Origin: Lama guanicoe | Taxonomy: Eukaryota | Assembly: GCA_013239625.1 (NCBI GenBank) | Contig: MU054323.1 | Location: 11,429,815-11,493,814, forward strand | Length of the DNA stretch: 64,000 bases | Reading direction: 5' to 3' | Shown: positions 11,587-23,187 of the stretch, piece by piece | How the letters are laid out: each line of letters opens with the position of its first letter | How positions within the stretch are numbered: position 1 is the stretch's first letter | Position numbers and translations under genes: made by a program | The notes under the pieces: model-generated | Databases searched by the model: none | What the model was told of the DNA's origin: nothing | The model's input: the letters and a program-made list of their open reading frames with translations, nothing else

Positions 11587-14019
11587 TATACTTATTCACG
11601 TCCCTATTTTTTTTGCTTAATTTCAGGATCAGTAGCTATTATCCAGATGATACTCCTCATATGTTTCTGAGTGTAAATGGAAAGTTCAGTTATTACTCTA
11701 ATGACTGTTTTTATGCCAATTCATAGGATCTGATCCCAAGACGGAAGCACTTTTCTCCCTCTACTCCCTGTCTCCTAATGAGTATTTCCAAAGAAAGTAT
11801 CCACTCTTTAATTCTTAGTTTACCTCAGTGGTCCCCCAATCCTGATTCCATCCCTCTGCTGCTCACAGGTGGCAGTTATTTACCAAACAGTTGGACTAGA
11901 TCATCAGCCCTGACCTCCGCTTTCTGATGAGACTCAACAACGTTTACTAGAAAATGGATTCATCCTTAATATCTCCCGACACCCTCTAGTCTCCATCAAT
12001 ACTGTGGGGAGTATTGCTTTGAGAAGTTTGTCAAAACTGAGAAATTTCGGATTGATGTTTAGGAAGTATTTAGAAAAGGCTTTGACCCTGTCTACTAGGG
12101 AATAAAATACACAAGAAGAACATTGTTACATAGAACTTTCCCTCCCTTGTATCAGCAGTTGATTCTAGAGTCCTCTCCGTGCAAGAAAATGAATTTTCTG
12201 CCTGGAAGAGCATACAGTAGGCCACAGGTGTTTAAAAAGTCTAAGTCTATGAATGTAGATACCTGTGTGGTATTCTGGTCACTTATGAAGCTGTAGACTG
12301 CTTGGGTTAGTTTCCAGTTTGGTGTAATGTTAGCATCTGTCTTTGAGCTTTATCCTCAAATAGTTTAAAAAAAAGAAAAGAAAAAAAAGGTACAAAAATG
12401 AAAGAAAATACTAAAAGAAAAAAACAGGAAAATATAACCTCTTTCAGTCAGAAGTATCAAAATGGTATACAATATTGTTATCAGCATGTCTGCTTCATTC
12501 TTTGAAATGCATCTTTCTCAACTACATAGAGCCCCTTTTTTTTCCTCATTTTTTTTAAACTTCAAACAATACTCTATAATAAATACTCTAGAATAAAGCC
12601 TCCTGTTCCTTTGCCATCCTCGAAGAACCTGAGACTTTCGTTCTTCTGTTGAGCTACACACAGCCTGCTTCTTTATCCTTTCAATAGAAAAGAAGTTACA
12701 GTCCCATCACACCACGCCGTCTTCCCAGCAGTGGTGCCCTTTGCAGAAGACCTGCATTTGTGAATTCAGTGTTTGAAGTTTTGAATATTCCCTGTATTGA
12801 TCCATTTTCTTTACTTCTACCACCACCTCACTTTGTACTTTACCTGACAGGACTTATTAACACAAAGGACAAAGATAAGGAAGAATGAATTATGACCGTT
12901 TCTACTAAAGAGTACAAAGGCCATAAAATATATTCCCTGGTGTAATTTTTAATTTGATCATTTGGGGAACAGAGGATGAGCAGATGGTGGTGGAGGGAAG
13001 AAGTAGGAAACATATCCTTCAGAACAGACATATCTTCTGCTCAGAAATATCTCCCCACGTGCCCTCCATCAGCCAGGGGTTCTTTTTGGATTAATAAGCC
13101 CCTCCTGCAGAATGCATACAGCGGTGGTTGGATCAGTCCTGGTTGGTCAAGAAAACCTTGCTGTAGTAAGATCCTCAGTCCCCAGTCAGGCTGAGATCAG
13201 GTTTACTGAGCGGGAATTCTGATTTCTGTGTGTTTGGAAGCAAGGCAAGTTAATTCTTGGGTCACCTACAGAGAAGGCTAGCAAGCAGGTGTGGTACAAG
13301 CCTAAGGCAATTTGACAGCCACCTTGAGACCCACCGGTGTGGCTCCCAGTGCAGAGCCCAGGGCCACAGAGTGGTGGTCAAGCTGTCATCTGCACTCAGA
13401 GACATTTCCCTTCTACTCTGTCTTCTACTTCCTCTTGAAGACAACAACTGGCCCCCCACCCCATTAATACTACCTCATCCCCGGCCGGGCTGACTTTTCC
13501 TCTCAGGGAAGAAAATGACTGAATTTCAGAGAACTCTCTGTGTTATATTCAAGACCACATATGCAGTAAAGATATAGGGAGGGTAGTAACATTAGGCTTT
13601 GATTTAGGGGCATATGTTTTACAAGTTTAAGCTGTAATTTACCATAAATTTTTTAGATTTACAAGATTATGACTTAGACACTCCGCTGTAGTTAAGATAG
13701 CTGCCACAAAGTGGATGGTAGGGCCTAGCTTGTGATCTGGTGGACCAATTAAGCTGAATTCAGGAGTGGATAACAGAAATTTACATAATATCTAATAATT
13801 TATACTTTGTATAAGACTATAGCAAATCTCTTAAGCAGAATATAGGCATGATATACTTAAAAGATGAGAATAAAATAGTGCAAGATTAAAAGAAACCTGA
13901 AAAACACCAAGATCTGTCATTTGCATAGAACTGATATCCTTACTAATAAGCACAGTAGACTGCCTTACAGACTGGCTGACAGACGGACACCTTTTGTTTC
14001 TTCTAGCCTCCAAAGAGAG

Positions 14020-14290
14020 CGTCATTCCCAGACTGCAGATGGGGAGCCTGAGGCCCACGGAGGTTAAATAACTTGCTCAAGGTCACATGGCTAATAAGTC
14101 ACTGTGCCTGGGTACAAACCAGGTCACCCAGACTCTATAGTCCCTGTTCTAAATCTGCAGTTCTTAGAGCAGCATAGTGGAAAGGCTCTGGAGTCAGAGA
14201 CAACTGATTGCTAACTGTGATGTTCAGCAAGTGACAACTTCTCTTTGCCTCAGTTTCTACAACTGCAAAAGAGGGATACTGTCACACAGG
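14020..14290. mobile_element. Two MIRs in head-to-head inverted arrangement (minus ~14020-14155, plus ~14170-14290)
   Basis: gaggttaaataacttgctcaaggtcaca (antisense core), then ggctctggagtcaga...gcctcagtttct (sense). Confidence 0.75.
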
Positions 14291-14879
14291 TGGTTAAATA
14301 TCTAAAAGTGATTGTGTCCTGATAAGCTCCACCTGGGGGATCTTCCTTGTGTTCACCAGTGTACCCCAGCTATGTCTGACATAGCAAGTACATGCTTAAT
14401 AGAGAACTTGCTGAATTAAGAATGCCTGGCACTTAGTAGGCACTACTTAGTAATACTCAAGAGCATCTTTAGTCACCTTCAGTCCTAACCTCTGAGCAGG
14501 GGGACAGTCACAATGTGTTGTCTCCAACCTTAATTCAAAGACTAGCGAATCAGAGTCTGCAGATGCCCACACTTCTCATCTTTTAATCCCGTATTGATTG
14601 ATGTCCAGGGGTTTTAGAACATCTAAACAAATTTGTTTAATCCAACAGTAACGTAAATTATATTTTGTTATTGTTCTTGTTTTTCACATTGAAAGTTACT
14701 TTCTTTCAATAGGGGAAAAAAAGCTAGATTATAAGATTAAATTTTAAAGAGTCTTTCACTTTGTTGAAAAATAAAATATACCAGTCTAGGGGCAGGGAAG
14801 ACAAAAATAGGAATCCAAAGTTTTAACAGAAAAAGAAATGAACACTGAACTTGTGTAGACATAGACACACATATGCCGT

Positions 14880-15740
14880 GTACACACGTATTGGAAAGAT
14901 GCTCATAAATAAAGATAAGTGATAATGGATTTGTAAAAATATTTGCAGCAAAGAATACAGACAGAGGACTAATAATCTACAATAGAGAAAGAGCTTTGCA
15001 AACTGACTAGAAAGAGACAACTCATAGGAACTGGATAAAGGACATGAAGCTGCATTCACAGCAGCAAATCCAACAAAATAAACTCACTAGTGGTCAGGGA
15101 AACACCAGTGGCCAAATGACGAAGTTAATGTAAAAGATTTACAACACATGTGATAGAGGGTAAATATCTTTACTATATAAAGGCCTACAGATTCATGAGA
15201 TGACAAATAATTGAATTTTCAAAATACACAGGGATATTCCCATTGTGTATATCCAATGCACTTGTTTTATCTGGTCAAAGACATACTAATTAAAACAAAA
15301 ATGACACACTTCGGCAACTTTCTAAAAATTACAGTCCCAAGCATTAGTAAAAGTGGGTGAAAGAAAGCACCAGCATAACTTACTGCTTTTTTTTTTTAAT
15401 TGACCTTTCTGGGGAGGATCAGTTTCCCGTACGTAGCAAAGGCCTATTAAGGAGTTCATATTCTTTGATCCAGCAGTTCAACTTACTGGAATTTATCCTA
15501 GAAAATCCTTATTATTAGTTACAAAGGTATCAATTTAAATGTTATATGGAAACAACTATCTGAAAACAAAAGAATTTTTTAAATGTGTGTGTATTTATAT
15601 TACATGTATAACAATATGTACAAAATCAAATGTGCATCCATAAAATTGTATTTTAGAAAATCTTTAATGACATGAATGGGAAATACATGAAAAAAACAAG
15701 TTATAAAACAGTGGGTACAGTACGGTCCTATTTTTGAAAG
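14880..15740 (+). mobile_element. Old L1 (L1ME-like) fragments
   Basis: aaaaatatttgcagc, ctttgatccagcagttcaacttactggaatttatcct ORF2-end motifs. Confidence 0.6.
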
Positions 15741-18700
15741 TTTATAGATCTCTTTTCTCAAGGCTATATGTTTTACAAGTGTGTGTGTGTATCTGGCCTC
15801 AGCAGATTCATACCGTTATTCAGGTCTTGCCTTTGTTGATCTATTATTCCAATATTGTCAAATTATGGAAAACGTCAACATGTTTTTATTCTGTCTGGAA
15901 AATGAAACTTGTTTTGAAGATCCAGAGAACCAACGCTCATCAGAAGAGAGATACTTGTAACCGAAAATATTCGTGCATTTACACAAAACACAAAAAGTTC
16001 AACAGAGTTAGGGTAGGAATGTGAAAATATTTGTCCCTGAAATTATGTAAGAGCCAAATTTGAGTTGGATAAGCAAGATTGTTCACAAGGATACCATTTT
16101 TAGTTTGACCTTTCAGCTGAATGTTGATCTTTAAGCCCAGGATGGTTCTTTCTTTGAAAAAGAGTAGGCACTAACTTTGACTTATTTAAAAAAAAAAAAA
16201 AAAGTTGGGGCAGGAGGCACAAATCATCAGCTTCTAATTCTGAAAGCCAGCCGAGGATTTAATACCTGTGCTTAGCTTAAAATGTCTAAGGCATGAGTTA
16301 GTAGGGATGGAGGGGCATATGTATTAGGAGATAAACTGGGACCTGCCCCTAAGCCAAGGTCAATCCCCTGAACTTAGGCTTTGCTTCTGTATCAGGGAGA
16401 GGGTGGACAACGTGTTAGGCCATAGACCTCAGTGTCACTGCAGCGACTTGGTACCTGTCCCAAAGGAAGAGGAAATCAGAGAAGGAAAGTCAGGGTAGCA
16501 GCCTAAACCTAACCTCCCTCCAGGTGCCGCAGGTGATCGTCCCACCTGGAAGAGTAACACCAACAAGAGTCCAGGCACACCCCTCAGACCATGCACTTCT
16601 TAAGCATTTCCTTCTCGCAAGCGATCTTCACAAAACCCTACAGGGTAGGGACTGTTAAATCTACGTTTACAGATGAAGCTTATAGTGAACACGCACAGTC
16701 AAAGAGCTGATAAGAGGCGGGGCCGGAAGCAGGCTGACTCTATTTTCTGTTCCATAAGTATCCAACTTATATAGAAGGAAAAATAATGTACCTAGTAGGA
16801 AACAGTAATATTTCCTCTAACAGAGAAAAACGCACTGTTTGAGCCTTAATACCAGTTGATTTTGTGGTTCATGCATGTCCTGTTACTTTGAAGCTGAAAG
16901 GTGTCTTGTTATTTTTAGTCTAAATATATCCAAATCTGTCCAGTCAGAGCTGTTCTTTCAAAGTGTCCTGACAGTGCCAATTTGTCAGGCTTATTATTAG
17001 CCATGTACTATTAAGTGTCAGCGTCAAAGTGGCACAGTGAATGTTTAGTTACTAAATCCAACTTTTACTCTCTTGGGGTATTTTTTTTTTTTCAATCTGA
17101 AGAATAGTGCACAAAACCAGCGGCCTCAGCGTTTTCCTTTAACACAGACACATCTTAGGTGACATGCTGCTTTATCTAAAACTCCCTAATGTATATAGTT
17201 AGATTTATGGATTTAGATCTGGCTAATAGAAAATAAACTTAAATGTAATTTTTTAAAATCAGATGTTAAAATGAATCCAAAATAAATTACACTTTTACAT
17301 ATTCTGCATACAACTGATTATGGAATGGGGAAAAAAAGATATTTCAGTCATTATCAACTCCTTTAAAAGATCACTTTGTGTTAAGAAGAAATGAAAGAGC
17401 TTGCATTTCTAGTATTCTGCCACTGAACTATATAATTGGATCGGGGCAAACCAGGATTTCTTCACCTGGTTGTTTCACCTTAAACATCCGTGTGTGTGAA
17501 GTCTTGGCTCTCCCCCATTCCGGGAGAGGTTTTCACAGGGAGTAGGACTCTCCTAACAATCATGCACTCAGCCTGATCGCTGGGCGACGCTCCCTTCTGC
17601 ACGTTACATTTGTCACGTCTTTTAAACTTCTGTTGGTTAAACATAACTAAAGTGTTAATAATTCCCTCAGTCTTAGGCTGAGACTAAAAATTAAGATCCG
17701 AAATATTAAGCAAGTGCTTTTCCTGTTCTTCCAGGGAACAAATATCTCTGGGCCTAAGTGAGTGTGGCTGTTCTAACAGAAGGGGAGCTTTAGAGAATAA
17801 TAGTGAAGTATCCGAAGCAGAACAGACTTCATTTTCTCTAAGCCCCTTGTAGGCAGATGACAAGTGGTTAGTTAGCATCTAGATTTGTAATTTAAACTAT
17901 CTGCGCAGAAATGCAGTCTTTTAAAAATGGCTTTTACTGATGACAGCCATCTTAATTTGCATATTTAAAAGTCTGTTATTTTCATACCACAAAATTTTAA
18001 GACAGTATAACTTTGTAATTGCAGGAATTTATCTTTTCTTAATCTGTTATATTATTACTTTAGCCCTATTATAAGTTGGTAAATGAAATGAAGGGACATC
18101 TCAACTTTTGAATATTCATTCCATTATTTTCACTTACTTATGAACTAAGCCGTGCAAGCCTGGCAGCCCCTAACCTGGTACCTTCTGGGAGGAAGCCAGC
18201 TTGGCTGGCAGGAAGGGCTCCCCTGGGCTAGAGGCCTCAGGGCCAGGAGGTCTCAATGGGATGCTGTGAAAAGTAAGCTCTTCTATTAGCAGTAAAGAGT
18301 TGTATGTGGCTTTGTGTTGTCTAGAGACATTCGCTAACTATAAAGCTTAAAAACTATCAAGACACTGCCAGGTGTAAAAGTCTTTCTCTATTTTCCCCTC
18401 TTGCCTTTCTGAGCCTCTGATGTTAAGGACCCAGCTCCGGGAAACAAGTGACAAGGTGTAAGCTGTGTTTCTTCTCCTCTCCAGTTCTCCCTTTTTCACT
18501 TTACTGCCTTTATCTTCTAACATTACAACATTGCTCTTGTTTGTAAGTATAAAATAGGTAGTATTTTAAGTATGTTGAGTTTTATCATTCCAAATTTCTA
18601 AATTCCAAACAAGCAATTTAATAGAAACTTTTGGAATACTGCCTTTTGGACGTGATGACCAACACCCCTGCCCACGATTGTTGTAATCCTTTCAGAACCA

Positions 18701-19489
18701 AGAATTCATGGAACCAAGTTGAAAAAAACCCAGTGGAGCAAGTCAGTCTCATTAACTGAATGTAGAAATCGTAGTAGATGCTAACCTTAAGAACTTTTTG
18801 TTTGCTGGTACTATGCAAAGAGCTTTACGTACATTAGTTCACTGAATTGTAATAACAACCCCATGTAGAAGGCATGATACTTCCCTCCTGTATTTTTAGA
18901 TGAGAAGATAGTACATCATAAATATTGGTCAAATAAGCATTTCTGGAACCTCTTTAAGTGCAGGGTGTTGCTAGGTACTAAGGTGAAGAGGCAAGGACAT
19001 GGTTCTTGCCCCTGTGGTACTCATGGCTCCCGGGATGCTTTGGGTTACATGGTCCAGGACGGCAGGTGAGTGTCGGATGAGCACACCGGCACACGTGCCT
19101 GCAGCACTCACCGGAGGCCGGGCCACGCGGCCTGGATGCTTACAGAAAACTCTTCTTAGAACCCTTAGGATCTAAGCTGGTCTTTGAAGAGAGTTAAGAT
19201 AAAATATTTCAGGGAAAGAGGTGAAATATTTAAGGCAGAGGAATGTTCTTGTCCATTTTGTGAAATTATAGTTTGAATGTTTGTCTTGAGTGGAAAACAC
19301 AAGGTCTGGAATTGGTGTCTTCAGGGCCCAGGTGAGTAGTGCCCTGGGCAGTGGGACAGAGAGGATATTTCAGTGCAGTATTTCCCCCACTAACCATGCT
19401 GGCATCTGTGGACTAACAGAAGCTCAACTTAGATAGTTAAATCATATCAGCATGTTAGGTTCTCACCTAACAGTAAGAACAGCCGCAGC

Positions 19490-19700
19490 TAACATCTATT
19501 GAGCACTTACTTATGTATCAGAGATCTTGTTTTGTGAATTTACTTATATTATCTCATTTAATCCTCACAGCAACCCTGTGGGATAGTTTATGGATGCAGG
19601 AACTAAGTAAGCCACAAAGAGGTTAAGGGAGTCATTCACTTAGTAAGAAACAGAGCTAGAATTTGAACCCAGGCAGTCTGTTTGCACAGCCCTCATGCTC
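19490..19700 (-). mobile_element. MIR SINE
   Basis: aacatctattgagcacttact...atctcatttaatcctcacagcaaccctgtg...gaatttgaacccaggcagtctg. Confidence 0.85.
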
Positions 19701-21069
19701 TGCACTGGATGGAGTCAATCTAGAATTTTTCACTTAGGAACATCTCTGTCTCAAAACTTGCTATTTACATATTGAACAGACACACACACACACGTGCGTG
19801 TACACACCACCCCTTCCTTGTCAAGAAGAATGCAGAAAGGGGCAGTTTAGTTTCTTCCTAGTATGGTAAGATTTTGCTGCTGATTTGTAACAATCCACTG
19901 CTGTGTGTGCTGGATGAGCATTAAGAACCTCCTGCAGGAGGAAGGCTGGGCTAGCTGAGCAGCTCTTCAAGATAAGCTGCGGAAAGAGGAACAGAGGGAT
20001 TGGACAGACAGGAAGACAGATGGTGGCGTTGCGTGGGGAAGGAGCCTGTCTCCAACTGTGGTCCCGTGAGGCTGATGAGGCCAGTAACTCTGACTGAGGA
20101 GATGGGTGTAGGCAGAAGGTGGAAGCAGAAATGTTGACTGCAGAGGAGGTTTAAAAGCAAATGAAATGTGAGCTTGGTTCTGAGTCAGCGATTAAATGGC
20201 ACAAGTGGCAAGAGGTGAAGACATCTCATTTCCTTCATTAAGAGAGGAAGTGGCGAACAGGAGGGTGAAGTTGAGGTGAACAGCTGAACAAGGATTATGG
20301 GTGCAGTCTGTGAGCATCTGCGAACAGGTTCTGAGGTCTGCAGTGGAGGGTGCACTAAAATGCCAAACTAGCTCGTCAAGGAAGAGTGTGATCTCTAATG
20401 GAGCAGGCTAGTCATGATGAATGCTAAGCTGACAAAAGGTTGCTGAGTTTGAATGCAGGTGAGTTAACAAGTAAGACATGTTATATTACCGTCTTAGTTG
20501 ATGGATGTGTCATGCTCAGTGTTCCAGTGTCTGATGCTTGCTCAGACAGCCTGCCTTCCAGTGTGTAAATTCCCACCACAGCATACCAGGCAGTGGTCAA
20601 CCAGCCTTTTCGCAAAGGGTGACTAGGTTACCTCTTGACAGCTGTTAAAGGCTTTTTCCCTGTGGCTTATAACCACTGGACCCAGTTCTCACCTCTGCAG
20701 CCGCACAGACCCAGCCTCATCTCTCTTCTGGGCCTTCAGATACAAGTGCTTGTGAGCCAGCCTGTCATGGCCCCTCCACTCTCATGTCCAAAGTTTATAG
20801 CATCCCTAAAGGACTGTCCCTCCAGTTTTAAATGTAAACCTTGCTGATATGAGTATTCTCATTTTTTATAACATAGCTCTTTTTAAGGGCTGAGTACTTT
20901 ATAAGACAATTTTGAAACCAAATTGAAACGTGGTCTTTACCCTAAAGGAAATCACAGAATACAGGAGACCAACAATAAACACAGAAGACTTAAACTGTCT
21001 TTTTTTAAAAATGAGTACAACCTAACAGGAAGAGTAAACAAGGTGAGGTAAGGTGGGGACGTTGCTTCA

Positions 21070-21272
21070 TACGTGTTATTAATATCGAGGTGAAATTTGG
21101 AGATGCACAGGTCTTAAGTGTACAATTAGATGTAATCCACACCCTCATGAAGATAGAGAATGTTCCTGCCACCCAGAAAATTTCCTCATGGGAAAGGTAG
21201 CCTTCCAACCAGTTCCCACCCCTACAGGCAACAGCTGTTCTGATATCCGTCCCCACAGATCCATTTTGCCTA
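21070..21272 (-). mobile_element. Old L1 3' end fragment
   Basis: tgcacaggtcttaagtgtaca...agatagagaatgttcc...ggcaacagctgttctgat. Confidence 0.65.
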
Positions 21273-21599
21273 CATCATTCGGTTCTGTAATGCATCAAAG
21301 TTCACATCAAAGTCTTTCGCCAAAGATAAAGTGATACAGAATAAAGCAACATTCAGAGACTACGCACCAATACGCTGTGTGCCCTTGGGCAAAAAACTCA
21401 ACCTCTCTGGGCCTTGTAACAGTTTGATAGGTGATCCTTATGATTCCTTAAAGATCACACCTCCACGTACTTTTCTAACCTCAAAGACCCTGCCATCCAT
21501 TCAAGAGCCATGAGCCAGAAACGAACCTGGGCTCATTCCACCCTCTCCAGTTGACTGCTCTACTACATCATTTCTTCCTTGTCATCTTTTTGGACATGT

Positions 21600-22110
21600 C
21601 ACGACTTCCTTTAGTCCCTACCTCCTCTTTATTTCTTTCCTTTCTTGCCTTGTAATAACCATCTAGTTACTCTTCTGGCCTCTCTTGCCCCAGGTCCTCT
21701 CCAAACTATTCTTGTTACTGCCCCCAAGGTAGTCCTTGCTAAAATGAAACATACTCTGGTCCCTTTTGTTTAAAATCCTTAAGTGGTTCTTTGCCATTTA
21801 AGGTGCTTCTGTACCGCCTACAGAGTTCAGATTCTGGAGTTTGACCGTGAGGGCCTTTACCCTTTACCCAAGGCCTCCAGCCTACTTGTGCCCTCAGCCC
21901 TCCGAGCTCTCCTGGTGGCTTCGCTCTCCCTCTGCTCCCCCCACCGCCGGCTCCCTCCCCCTTCCTTTACCTCCCTTCCTCCCTGTTCTGGTTAGGTGCC
22001 TGTCTCCCTGATTCTCCTGTGAACTCTTGAGAGAGGTTAGGGACCATGTTTTATTCACTTCTCTATCTCCAGCATCCAGAATGGGACTTTGCTGAAAACA
22101 CTTAACCCCA
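21600..22110 (+). mobile_element. L2 fragment
   Basis: tgtttaaaatccttaagtggttct and tgaactcttgagagaggttagggaccatgttttattcacttctctatctccagca motifs. Confidence 0.65.
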
Positions 22111-22684
22111 AAGTAATTAACCATGAGATCTGTAAGGATGATGGTATAACGGGTCAGCGTCTTCCTCAGGCTTCAAATTGATGTTTCTAAAAATAATCAC
22201 ATGGAAGTTCTCATATGTGTCCGACCACTTTATCAGGTCTAATTCTAAGTTTTTCTTTCCAGTAGCTTTCATGGTAATATTGTGTTAAAGGTGAGAAAGT
22301 TTTTATTTGGCAAGAAGGGTATATTTATTCATTGGAGGGCTCCAGTGAGTCCTGTTAGTGTAAAAGAGCTCGTCTGTGCTCTAATTCCTGTGTCAAATCT
22401 GACTTAATGTGCTTATTCATTTAGTTCTAGAATGGCAGATTACTCTTTCTATGAATGAAGACAATTCCTTTCCAAGGGTCTTTGTGGTAATTAGCAAGCA
22501 GATAAAAAACTAAAAATGACTGGTAAATATTGACCCAAGCACCCAGGAACACGAGTATTTATAGCCCTTGCTTGTTCATCTTGGTTCACTGTGTCCTGAT
22601 TTTTTCCTGCCTCGCAGTGTGAATCAGCATTGCTGCGCAGATGATCATTACTCAGTCTGTATTTTTATCTTTTCCAAAACCTAG

Positions 22685-23187
22685 GTAAGAACCTCGATGC
22701 TGTCCACGACATCACGGTGGCCTACCCCCACAACATTCCTCAGACAGAGAGCCACCTCCTCCACGGGGACTTCCCCAAGGAGATCCACTTCCATGTCCAC
22801 CGCTACCCCATAGACACCCTCCCCACGTCCAAGGAGGACCTGGAGCTCTGGTGCCACAGGCGGTGGGAGGAGAAGGAAGAGAGGCTGCGCTCCTTCTACC
22901 AGGGGGAGAGGAATTTTTACTTTACTGGACAGACTGTAATCCCGCCTTGCAAGTCTGAGCTCAGGGTCCTCGTGGTCAAACTGCTGTCTCTAGTGTACTG
23001 GACCCTGTTCAGCCCTGCAATGTGCCTGCTCATCTACTCGTACAGTCTTGTCCAGTGGTATTTTATAATCATCATTGTCATCTTCGTGCTGCAGGAGAGA
23101 CTATTTGGTGGACTGGAAATCATGGAACTTGCATGTTACCGTTTTTTACACAAACAGTCACATTCAAATGCAAAGAAAAATGCGTAA
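22685..23187 (+). CDS. LCLAT1: Terminal coding exon of lysocardiolipin acyltransferase 1 (ALCAT1/LYCAT/AGPAT8); upstream exons lie outside the window
   Basis: Pyrimidine tract and acceptor AG at 22683-22684, then a phase-1 exon reading (G)KNLDAVHDITVAYPHNIPQTESHLLHGDFPKEIHFHVHRYPIDTLPTSKEDLELWCHRRWEEKEERLRSFY...HSNAKKNA, stop TAA 23185-23187. Matches the recalled mammalian LCLAT1 C-terminus, with hydrophobic segments and a KKXX motif. Confidence 0.97.

Larger units (their letters stand above)
1..22684 (+). other. LCLAT1: Distal part of the long last intron of LCLAT1
   Basis: No further LCLAT1 coding sequence recognised upstream; AT-rich and repeat-rich; ends in gtatttttatcttttccaaaacctAG. 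Confidence 0.85.

Noticed and set aside
12568..12595. 14-bp tandem duplication aatactcta(t/g)aata
   Set aside because: Only two copies; ordinary slippage event.
14020..14290. Inverted MIR pair as an intronic dsRNA or miRNA precursor
   Set aside because: The copies look too diverged for a long stable duplex; not testable without folding.
22717..23187. ORF-track start at GTG 22717 as a standalone 156-aa protein
   Set aside because: It is an internal Val codon; homology extends upstream in frame to the splice acceptor at 22684/22685.
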